A stretch of DNA of 64,000 bases from a virus: positions 1-64,000 of the IMG/VR virus record IMGVR_UViG_3300040801_004314, one strand, 5' to 3'. How positions within the stretch are numbered: the first letter of the stretch is position 1; every line of letters starts with the position of its first letter. The notes under the pieces were generated by a model. That model worked only from the letters and a program-made list of their open reading frames with translations, did no database searches and was not told the DNA's origin. Positions 38,331-46,700 of the stretch are shown piece after piece. The position numbers and the translations under genes are program-made.

Positions 38331-40028
38331 ATGTCACACATTAGAATAGACAATCAAAAAGCCAAGAAGAAATGGTCACCAGTTCTTGAGAACATGGGGG
38401 TTACTGGCGAAAGAGTTGACTGGATGAGCGAATATGCAGAATTCCACTCAATCAACGAGAATGCTTACGCAAACGCATCTAACGTATCAGGTATGGGAGG
38501 TGTTGTTGCAGCACAACCATCAACATTATCAGGTTCAACAGTTGGTAATGCATTTACACAAGGTGGATCAGAAGGATCAGGTGATGTAGGTCAAAACCTA
38601 TTACCTGTTGCTATGAAAATTGCAGCACAAACAATCGGTTTAGACCTTGTTGCTGTTAAGCCATCTCCAGGTCCAAAAATCGATTTACTTTATGTAGATT
38701 TTCGTTATGACGATACTCATACAGGTGATGCTGATGAGAGACCACAAGTTTTCAAATTGAATGCTGATAACTTAACTGATATCAAAGATTCTATTAAAAG
38801 AGAATTAGCTTCAAGAGGTCTTACTGAATCACAAGGTGGATTACAAAATGGACAACTTTTCGTAAACATTGCTGATGGATCATTCCTAGCTGATGCGCCA
38901 AGTAACAAAGAAGGTATCGTAGAATTCTTAGGATTCTCTCGTATCGATGGTTTCCCAATGTTCAGAGCTTACAGACAAGCTAACACAGCACATGGTGTTG
39001 TAGGTGGAACTGCTGGAACTGCATTTGGTTTTGACCAAACAAGAAACACTTTTGATGCAACAACTGCAATGACAGATCAAATTGAGCAAATCGGTAACGA
39101 TGGTGCTGGAACTCCTGTCGCAATTGATGTAACTGCACCAAAAGTAGAGCTAGTTTCTGCACTTGAAGACCACATCCCAGGATTTTCTGCTAACTGGAAT
39201 TCAAGCGAAAACGGTTTCTCTGGAAACTATCCAATGGATAGAGAGCAAGACGATAAAAGATACTCTGGTATCATCGGACCAAAGATTTCTTCTAAAACAG
39301 TTGCAGTTGGTACTATCGAAGTATCTTCAGCTCTAAGAAGAACAGAAATTGAAGATATCAAAGCTAACACAGGTATGGATATCGTTCAAAAAATGGAAAG
39401 CATTCTTGTTAATGAACTTTCTCAAACAATCTCTAAGCAAATTGTTGCTAAGATTTTTGAAATGGGTGAACTTAACAGAGCATCTGCTCCAACAAGAACA
39501 GGTGGTGCTTCATTATTTGACCTTAACACAGACTACGTTACAAGTGGACCAGGTGGTGAGACAACTCACGCAGTGCAAAGAAAACTTATTACTAAGATTA
39601 TGCACGCATCTAACTTCATTGCAACAGAAGGACGTGTTGGACCAGCACAGTACTTAGTTACTAATGGTGGATTGGCAGCAGCTTTATCAGACGTTTCAGG
39701 TTATACTATTAACCCAGTAAAATCTAAACTAAATGGAGCAGGTCAACTTTATCCAGTAGGTTCTATCGGAGATATTTCAATATATGTTGATCCATATATG
39801 AAGTATGATGATAACAGAATTGTACTTGGTAGAAAGAACAACCCAGACCAACCAGGTGTTATCTTCGTGCCTTATTTAATGGCACAATCAATCAGCGTAA
39901 TATCTGAGGCTACATTCGCACCTAGAATGCTTCTAAGAAGCCGTTATGCTGTGGCAGAAGTAGGTTGGTATCCACAAAAGCAATTCATGACTCTTAGAGT
40001 TACTGATGAAGCTGGATTACTAAACTAG
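38331..40028 (+). CDS. Major capsid protein, T4 gp23-like
   Basis: KKWSPVLE, LLP.A..IAAQTIGLDLV.V.P, E...ILVNEL...I.K.I, VDPY and G..F.PY...SRYA; codon usage typical of a highly expressed gene. Confidence 0.93.
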   Translation: MSHIRIDNQKAKKKWSPVLENMGVTGERVDWMSEYAEFHSINENAYANASNVSGMGGVVAAQPSTLSGSTVGNAFTQGGSEGSGDVGQNLLPVAMKIAAQTIGLDLVAVKPSPGPKIDLLYVDFRYDDTHTGDADERPQVFKLNADNLTDIKDSIKRELASRGLTESQGGLQNGQLFVNIADGSFLADAPSNKEGIVEFLGFSRIDGFPMFRAYRQANTAHGVVGGTAGTAFGFDQTRNTFDATTAMTDQIEQIGNDGAGTPVAIDVTAPKVELVSALEDHIPGFSANWNSSENGFSGNYPMDREQDDKRYSGIIGPKISSKTVAVGTIEVSSALRRTEIEDIKANTGMDIVQKMESILVNELSQTISKQIVAKIFEMGELNRASAPTRTGGASLFDLNTDYVTSGPGGETTHAVQRKLITKIMHASNFIATEGRVGPAQYLVTNGGLAAALSDVSGYTINPVKSKLNGAGQLYPVGSIGDISIYVDPYMKYDDNRIVLGRKNNPDQPGVIFVPYLMAQSISVISEATFAPRMLLRSRYAVAEVGWYPQKQFMTLRVTDEAGLLN

Positions 40029-40046
40029 TAGTAACTAGACAATAAT

Positions 40047-40079
40047 AAAAAAGAGGAGCATCTATGTTCCTCTTTTTTT
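40047..40079 (+). terminator. Rho-independent terminator after the capsid gene
   Basis: AAAAAAGAGGAGCAT-CT-ATGTTCCTCTTTTTT. Confidence 0.75.
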
Positions 40080-40138
40080 ATGTCAAAACTTTTGAGTATA
40101 TTTACATATAATTATAAGATAAAATACCTAATTATTAA

Positions 40139-41767
40139 ATGAATAAACAAAGATTTAAAATAATAAATGATATACTTCAAGAAAAGCCTACTAGATTAAG
40201 AGAGTCGTATTTTATTAAAAACTATAATGATGTCTATAATAAAATAGTAAAATATACTGAAGGCATAGATTTACCTTTTAAACAAAGAATGTGGCACTGG
40301 ATAAATGAACTACCGACTATTTATGTCTGTAAGTGTGGTAAACCTACTAGTTTCTATAAGAATTGGAAACATGGATATAGGAGTGCATGTTCACCAAAGT
40401 GCGCACAAACAAATGATAAAACCAAGGAAAAAAGAAGAAAAACTACATTAGAAAAATATGGCGTAGATAATATTGCTAAATTGGAAGAAATTAAAAAAAA
40501 GCAAGAGGAAACTAACATACAAAAGTATGGTCATAAATCTACATTTCAAAACGAAGAAGTTCAGAAAAAATGGAGAAAAACTATCGAAGATAGATATAGT
40601 GTAGATCATTATTTTAAAACTAATGAGTTTAAGAAAAAGGCTAAGAAAACATCTAAAAAAAAATACGGGAAAGAACATTACGTACAATCAAAATCATACA
40701 AAGAAAAACTTAAAGAAATTGGATTCAATGATATATTGAAACAAATAAATATCAATAAACATCTTAGGAAATATGATAATATAGGTTTAGAATTTATAGA
40801 TTTAAGCGATAGAATATTAACATTAAAAGGTGAATGCGGACATCAATTTGAAATACATTATGATTCTTTAAAACGAAGAATAGAGAATTCTTATGATTAT
40901 TGCACTATATGTAATCCAGTTAATTCAGTACAATCACAAGATGAGAAAGTACTAATAAAGTGGTTAATGGAAAAAAATATAGATCTCGTAGAGAAGGATC
41001 GAAGCTTAGGTATTGAGCTAGATATATTAATACCTTCCAAGAAAATAGCAATAGAGTTTAATGGATTATATTGGCATTCTGAATTATTTAAAAATAACAA
41101 TTACCATTTAGACAAAACTACAATATGTAGAAACAATGATATAAGATTAATACACATATGGGAAGATGATTGGAAATACAATAAAACAATTGTAAAATCT
41201 ATTATTTTGAATAGCCTTGGGCTGATTGAGAAAAAAGTATATTCTAGAAAATGTGAAATAACTACCTTAAGTAACAAAGAAAAAAACTTATTTTTAGAAA
41301 AAAATCACATACAAGGGAAGTGTGTATCAAGTGTTAATTTGGCACTTATGTATAATAATGAAGTAGTCTCTGTTATGACATTTGGGAAACGCAAAATGAG
41401 TAATAAAAACGAATTTGAGTTAATAAGGTTTTGTAATAAAGTAAACAATGTAGTAATCGGTGGGGCTTCAAGATTATTTAACTATTTCATTAACAATTAC
41501 CAAAGTGATCATATAATTTCTTTTGCTGATATATCTCATTTTGAAGGTGGTGTATATAAGAAATTGGGATTTAAATTTGTACACAGGACTATCCCAAATT
41601 ATTGGTGGGTAGTTAGTGGTATTAGGTTTCACCGCTTCACCTATAATAAAAAAAGGTTAGTGAAAGAAGGTGCTGATCCTAATAAAACCGAAGTTCAAAT
41701 AATGTATGATAAAGGATATTTTAGAATATTTGGTTGTGGTCAAGATAAGTACGTTTATCATAGGTAA
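40139..41767 (+). CDS. Homing endonuclease paralog (Vsr/PD-(D/E)XK, Hef-like)
   Basis: KYGVDN repeats, ELDILIPSKKIAIEFNGLYWHS and HIWEDDW. Confidence 0.75.
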   Translation: MNKQRFKIINDILQEKPTRLRESYFIKNYNDVYNKIVKYTEGIDLPFKQRMWHWINELPTIYVCKCGKPTSFYKNWKHGYRSACSPKCAQTNDKTKEKRRKTTLEKYGVDNIAKLEEIKKKQEETNIQKYGHKSTFQNEEVQKKWRKTIEDRYSVDHYFKTNEFKKKAKKTSKKKYGKEHYVQSKSYKEKLKEIGFNDILKQININKHLRKYDNIGLEFIDLSDRILTLKGECGHQFEIHYDSLKRRIENSYDYCTICNPVNSVQSQDEKVLIKWLMEKNIDLVEKDRSLGIELDILIPSKKIAIEFNGLYWHSELFKNNNYHLDKTTICRNNDIRLIHIWEDDWKYNKTIVKSIILNSLGLIEKKVYSRKCEITTLSNKEKNLFLEKNHIQGKCVSSVNLALMYNNEVVSVMTFGKRKMSNKNEFELIRFCNKVNNVVIGGASRLFNYFINNYQSDHIISFADISHFEGGVYKKLGFKFVHRTIPNYWWVVSGIRFHRFTYNKKRLVKEGADPNKTEVQIMYDKGYFRIFGCGQDKYVYHR

Positions 41768-41794
41768 TTAATATCTATATTTAATATATACCAC

Positions 41795-42583
41795 ATGAAC
41801 ATCAAAGATACTTTTCTTAAATTAGTTGATAAGACACATCCACATGGAACAGAACATCAATTATTAGAATCCTTACCAGAATTAAGCAAAGATAGTTTCG
41901 GGAATTACTATAGGATTATAGGCACTAATCCAACCATTATGTTTAATTCTCATTTAGACAATTATGCTAAAGAACAAACCTCAACTAATGTATACACTAA
42001 ATATATAGAAAATGAAGAATATGTATTCAGTGATAATGGAATATTAGGTGCTGATGATAAGGCAGGTGTGTCACTTATGCTTTATATGATTTCTAAAGAA
42101 ATAGATGGGTTGTATTACTTCTTTACTGGGGAAGAAGTAGGTACTATTGGATCTTCATCTTTAGCATCCAAATTTGAAGATATTCCTTATTTAAAAAACA
42201 TTACAAAATGTATATCTTTTGATAGAAGAGGTGAAAGTTCTATAGTAACTCATCAATCTGGTAAAAGGTGTTGCTCTGACGTATTTGCACACAGTCTAAT
42301 GGAAGAACTATCTGATAATGACATGGAATATCAACTAGATACAACAGGTGTTTATAGCGACTCTGCTAGCTTCATAGGCAATATTAGAGAAGTGACTAAC
42401 ATATCGGTTGGGTATTATGATGAGCATACATCAAAAGAATCACAGAATTTAACATTTTTAGAAAAGCTATCCAAGGCATTAGTTTCTATAGAATGGGATA
42501 ATTTAATTGTTCATAGAAAGGTTAAAACACCTAATGGACATTTATTAACTTTTGAGTCTTTTAGGTATAAATTAGTAAACTAA
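41795..42583 (+). CDS. M28/M20-family zinc peptidase
   Basis: SHLD, LGADDKAG, GEEVG, ISFDRRG, SDS and GYYDEHT motifs. Confidence 0.8.
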   Translation: MNIKDTFLKLVDKTHPHGTEHQLLESLPELSKDSFGNYYRIIGTNPTIMFNSHLDNYAKEQTSTNVYTKYIENEEYVFSDNGILGADDKAGVSLMLYMISKEIDGLYYFFTGEEVGTIGSSSLASKFEDIPYLKNITKCISFDRRGESSIVTHQSGKRCCSDVFAHSLMEELSDNDMEYQLDTTGVYSDSASFIGNIREVTNISVGYYDEHTSKESQNLTFLEKLSKALVSIEWDNLIVHRKVKTPNGHLLTFESFRYKLVN

Positions 42584-42655
42584 AATTATATTAGCTCTGA
42601 TATTAAGATAGGTGATATTTATGATGAAGCAGATATTTATTCTTATGTACAAAGA

Positions 42656-42940
42656 ATGCACCACACATACGATGATTTTATAGAAGGTGATTTAGGAGAT
42701 AGAATAGAGGAGTATAATAAATATAAAGTTTGGAAGGTTGATATAAAAGAAATAGATATAGATGAATTTACATTAGACTATGATCTCATAGAAGATTATA
42801 AAGAAACTTTATTAAGCAATGATAAATACCCACCAGTTGTTTTGAATAGCGATTATGATATAATAGATGGGAGTCACCGTTTGAATGCATTAGATGAGCT
42901 AGCTCATACGAAGGTTATAGCTTTTGTTGGGATAGAATAA
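42656..42940 (+). CDS. ParB/Srx-like domain protein; in frame with the upstream peptidase across a single TAA
   Basis: PPVVL...IIDGSHRL.A motif; the frame is open back to 42584. Confidence 0.65.
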   Translation: MHHTYDDFIEGDLGDRIEEYNKYKVWKVDIKEIDIDEFTLDYDLIEDYKETLLSNDKYPPVVLNSDYDIIDGSHRLNALDELAHTKVIAFVGIE

Positions 42941-42979
42941 GAATATGTGGATTTAATATATAAAAGAAAATAAAAGAAT

Positions 42980-43357
42980 ATGAAACACTTAAAACTGTGG
43001 GAGAATTTAAACGAAAATGGCGACTTTTATAGCAAATTTTGGATAGAGGCACTATCGGAAAAGTACGGAACTTGTGAGATAGACGAATACAAACCAATTA
43101 AGCCATTATATGGTGGTGGTAAATTCTCACAAATAGGATATTTATGTAATGTAGAAGATAAAGATGTGTCGAAATTTATATTAGAGGGTATTACAAATAA
43201 TGGTAAATTTATACACTCAAGTATAATTACATTAGACCAAAATGGTGATGCACTATCACACGGCACTATTTATATAGATAATACTAAAGGAGATACATAT
43301 TCAGATAATATACTTAAAGTGGTTGATGAAATCGATAAATATATAGAAAATATGTAA
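42980..43357 (+). CDS. Hypothetical protein (MKHLKLWEN N-terminus)
   Basis: ORF track; late-type box at about 42953. Confidence 0.6.
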   Translation: MKHLKLWENLNENGDFYSKFWIEALSEKYGTCEIDEYKPIKPLYGGGKFSQIGYLCNVEDKDVSKFILEGITNNGKFIHSSIITLDQNGDALSHGTIYIDNTKGDTYSDNILKVVDEIDKYIENM

Positions 43358-43415
43358 AAATATATAAACATTTTTCATAATTCATATATAATATATATAT
43401 TTGCAAGATAACCAT

Positions 43416-43784
43416 GGGGAAGTTTAGAATAGATTTATGGTGAATTAGTAATTATGCAAGTATCGGATTGTTTTTTAACCGATTAATAAATTAAGTAACA
43501 ATTTTTTTAAGCGGAAACGTAACAGAAGTAGGAACTCGTGAAGATGTAGTAGCGACTCTACAAAACAACATGATCCAAGTAGAGGATCTAGCAACTGCCT
43601 AACAGTAGTTACTAAAAAATCTACAGTTGATCTACACAATTAAAAATGTAGGATGGTTTTTTATATTTTTAGAGTTTGTCAAAAAATTATATATTTTGTT
43701 TGTTTAGAAAAATAAACTAAACTTGTAAACGATTAGTTATTGATTACTGTTGAAGACAAGGTGGGCGGTACACCTTCTTCTCCA
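43416..43784 (+). ncRNA. ssrA: tmRNA (transfer-messenger RNA)
   Basis: Acceptor stem GGGGAAG (43416) / CTTCTCC-A (43777-43784) with a G3:U70 Ala determinant; helix GCAAGT/ACTTGT; T-stem AAGGTG/CACCTT; internal tag ORF 43513-43602 ending LATA-stop; 369 nt long; TATATTTG promoter at 43396. Confidence 0.88.
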
Positions 43785-43790
43785 CAAAAC

Positions 43791-43817
43791 AAAAACCCAC
43801 CAAAAGGTGGGTTTTTT
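43791..43817 (+). terminator. Rho-independent terminator after tmRNA
   Basis: AAAACCCACC-AAAA-GGTGGGTTTT. Confidence 0.8.
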
Positions 43818-43958
43818 ATAAACTTCAAAAATTATAAAATGAAAATATTAATATGTAAGCTATTTCATAAAAAATATCATAAAAGAGAATGGTATGGATG
43901 TGAGGGTGCAGAAGGAGCAAAAGATTATTATATAACATGCAGTAAATGCAATTAAACT

Positions 43959-44255
43959 ATGAATACAGAACAAAAGCAACCAAGATGGATCAGAAAGGCA
44001 TGGAGTATAGCCAATGTTATGCGATGGCTTTCTCGTAAAAGTGAACGAACCATTGAGGTTGAAATACCAAAAGGGTTTATGAATTGTGGAGTTTGCATTT
44101 GTAACCATTTTATAGCCGACACAAACAATAGTGCAAATTGGGATACGATTAAATTCCCATTACCCAAACCTAAATACAAGTGGAATATTAAATGCTACAC
44201 AGGTGATATTGATAAACCCGAAAAGCAAAGAGTAGTGCTGATTGATAAGTACTAG
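43959..44255 (+). CDS. Small hypothetical protein
   Basis: ORF track. Confidence 0.5.
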   Translation: MNTEQKQPRWIRKAWSIANVMRWLSRKSERTIEVEIPKGFMNCGVCICNHFIADTNNSANWDTIKFPLPKPKYKWNIKCYTGDIDKPEKQRVVLIDKY

Positions 44256-44624
44256 CTTGTGCATAACATATTGTGTATGAACCTGTAAATTATAAAAAAT
44301 GAATTGGATTAAACGATTATTTAGTAAAAAAGAAACTACTAAGCAATGTGATACACACGTTATTGTGAGTAGTGCTTGTGAATGTGGTAGACAAAAAAAT
44401 GCGGTGTAAGAAGTGGGTTGTGTTTAAAAACAGGTATATGGTACACTTAGCATTACTTACAACGGTTTGGATATGTACTGCATCCCGTAGGGTATAGCAT
44501 ATAGGTAATGTTATACCCTTTTTTTTGAGCGTTTGAAAAATAATTTACAGAAAATTGTATTTTATCTGGTAGTTAATACAGAAAGCTGTATATTTGAAGT
44601 ATAATAATTAAAACAAAAGAAATT

Positions 44625-44858
44625 ATGATAGTAATTTGCATACAAAATTTATATAAGTCAACATACGAATGTGATGTTTTTACAGAAGGCAACGAATATG
44701 AAATAATTGAAGAATATAAAAATAGAAGTAAAAATAAAATGTGTAGAGTGAAATCAGATATTATTTTAGGTGATGGTGGTTTAGACTTTTATTTTGATGA
44801 GGGTGATAGCTTTCCTTATTATAACTTCAAGGATTATTTTAAAATAATATCTGATTAA
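44625..44858 (+). CDS. Small hypothetical (cassette) protein
   Basis: ORF track; own TATATTTG promoter at 44589. Confidence 0.55.
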   Translation: MIVICIQNLYKSTYECDVFTEGNEYEIIEEYKNRSKNKMCRVKSDIILGDGGLDFYFDEGDSFPYYNFKDYFKIISD

Positions 44859-44996
44859 CTGTTTATAGGGGTTGAGTGTATGATCAGTAGCCTACACGAA
44901 CATTTGATAAATGAACAAAACTTTAAATTAATAACCGAGCAATAGTAAAAACGCCTAACGGCTATTGCTTATGCACATTGTTAGGCAACGTTTATT

Positions 44997-45209
44997 ATGA
45001 AATATAAAATAGGTGATAAAGTTTGGATAAAACCAATAGATGCTGGTGATTTAGAAGGTGTAGTAATAGGTTTTCAAAAGGTAGAACCTTATAATCCAAT
45101 TATTGAGTTTGAATATTGCGGTGAAAAGAAAAGCAATGCCTTTGATTTAAATAGAATTAATCCTTTTGGTGATGGTAAGGTTAAGCCTGTGTATGTTAGG
45201 GTTATTTAA
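44997..45209 (+). CDS. Small SH3/KOW-like (cassette) protein
   Basis: MKYKIGDKVWIK...GVVIG pattern; flanked by GTTAGGC and ACCTAAC. Confidence 0.55.
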   Translation: MKYKIGDKVWIKPIDAGDLEGVVIGFQKVEPYNPIIEFEYCGEKKSNAFDLNRINPFGDGKVKPVYVRVI

Positions 45210-45362
45210 TGTTACCTAACGTTAAAATATAAGAACAGTAGCGTGTTCACAAAAACAGACTGTTCAGGTTACGTGAACATTAGTAAATAATGAACAAAGT
45301 AATAGTTAAACACTGCCTAGCTATTATTTTTATATAGTGTTGGCAGTAGTTAATTTTTAATT

Positions 45363-45581
45363 ATGAAAAAATTTTTATTAGTAAAGCTGAAAGAAGAAAT
45401 ACGTGTTAGTGGTGGTTGTTCTCCAGATGACCCTGAATTTGCTTATGTAGTAGGCGATTGTTTTAAAAGCACAGGGAAGTATTTTGCAGATAAGAAAGAA
45501 GCTCTTAAAGAAGCAAAAGCAAAAACTTTAAAAAACCAAGAAACAGAAGTGTTTGGTGTAATTAAAATAGATATGCCTTAA
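45363..45581 (+). CDS. Small hypothetical (cassette) protein
   Basis: ORF track; flanked by 16-bp inverted repeats. Confidence 0.55.
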   Translation: MKKFLLVKLKEEIRVSGGCSPDDPEFAYVVGDCFKSTGKYFADKKEALKEAKAKTLKNQETEVFGVIKIDMP

Positions 45582-45788
45582 TTACTGCCAACAATATTAT
45601 ATACACACCTTTTATATAAATTATTCATAACCAGCTAATTAATATTATTAAAACAAAAGGGTTATAAATATTTGTGTTTAAAAGTTTATATTCTTAATTA
45701 TGATCCAAGTATAAATGTATCATATTTATACTACATCAATAAACTTCACAAAAAATACACCTATAAGACCAAAAGGCTTTTTATTCAT

Positions 45789-46118
45789 ATGAGTAAACAT
45801 AATAACATACATTGGATAAAACAAAGGGAATATTATAGATTAGAAAAATACTCTCAATATACTACTGATTTTGAATATTTAACTGGTAATTTTTTAATTA
45901 CCTCATCAGAATACGCAGAAGTATCGAAAAAATTAAATGTTCTGTTTTATGATAAAAAGTGTAGGTGTGAAAACTATTCAAAAGCACCTAAATATTTTAG
46001 AAAAAAATTAAATCGAACACAGAGATATAAATCAAAAAGAAATATTAGAAAAATATTAAATGGAGAAAATGATAAACTTACACCTAGGTATAAAGGCGCA
46101 GATTACGATTGGTGGTAA
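45789..46118 (+). CDS. Basic hypothetical protein
   Basis: Track ORF 45672..46118; likely ATG 45789. Confidence 0.5.
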   Translation: MSKHNNIHWIKQREYYRLEKYSQYTTDFEYLTGNFLITSSEYAEVSKKLNVLFYDKKCRCENYSKAPKYFRKKLNRTQRYKSKRNIRKILNGENDKLTPRYKGADYDWW

Positions 46119-46133
46119 AAACATATACAAATT

Positions 46134-46640
46134 ATGATTGGTGTTTTTAGGGGCGAAAATCACTTCTTATCTAATTTCTACCCATGTGTTATAAACCATG
46201 ATGGGATTAGATATCCAAGTGTAGAACACTATTATATAGCATTAAAGGCAAATAGTAAATTGGTTAAGTTTAATGGCAAGGATTATAAATTAAGAGACTT
46301 TAGGTTAATGGTTTCTGGTTTAGATAATCCAGGACTTGCTAAAAAAGTTGGAAAAGAAATAATAGCTAGAAAAGATTGGGATGAGCATAGGATGATAGTG
46401 TTAAAGGATGGTATATACGAAAAGTTTAAAGATCCTGTTCTTAGAAAGAAACTCATAGATACTGGTAAACAAGAATTAGTTGAGGGTAACTGGTGGCATG
46501 ATAATAATTTTGGATCATGCTTTTGTGATAAATGTAAAGATAAGAAAGGAAAGAATAAATTAGGGAAGATAATAATGAAAGTGCGTGATGAGATAACAGG
46601 TAATGGTAAAAGAGGTTTAGAGCAAATATTTTTTAAATAA
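46134..46640 (+). CDS. NADAR (YbiA-like) family protein
   Basis: FLSNFYP, YPSVEHYY.A.K, KF....LR.KL..TG..ELVEGN.W.D and GKNKLG.IIM.VR. Confidence 0.88.
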   Translation: MIGVFRGENHFLSNFYPCVINHDGIRYPSVEHYYIALKANSKLVKFNGKDYKLRDFRLMVSGLDNPGLAKKVGKEIIARKDWDEHRMIVLKDGIYEKFKDPVLRKKLIDTGKQELVEGNWWHDNNFGSCFCDKCKDKKGKNKLGKIIMKVRDEITGNGKRGLEQIFFK

Positions 46641-46700
46641 TTGTGTTAAATTTAACAACAAAACACATTTAAAGCTATATAAATAAAAAATAATTTTTAT

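Larger units (their letters stand above)
44261..45593 (+). repeat. Cluster of attC-like imperfect palindromes bracketing small ORFs (integron-cassette-like array)
   Basis: Units run ...AAC-[hairpin]-GTT...: 44457-44516, 44856-44986 and 45214-45345, with partial units at 44261 and 45587. ORFs are flanked by matching inverted ends, e.g. TGTTGGCAGTAGTTAA (45338) / TTAATTACTGCCAACA (45578). Confidence 0.6.

Noticed and set aside
43740-43955. 71-aa ORF starting inside the tmRNA 3' end
   Set aside because: Its first half overlaps the tmRNA T-arm and terminator. At most a short ORF from the ATG near 43839 is real.
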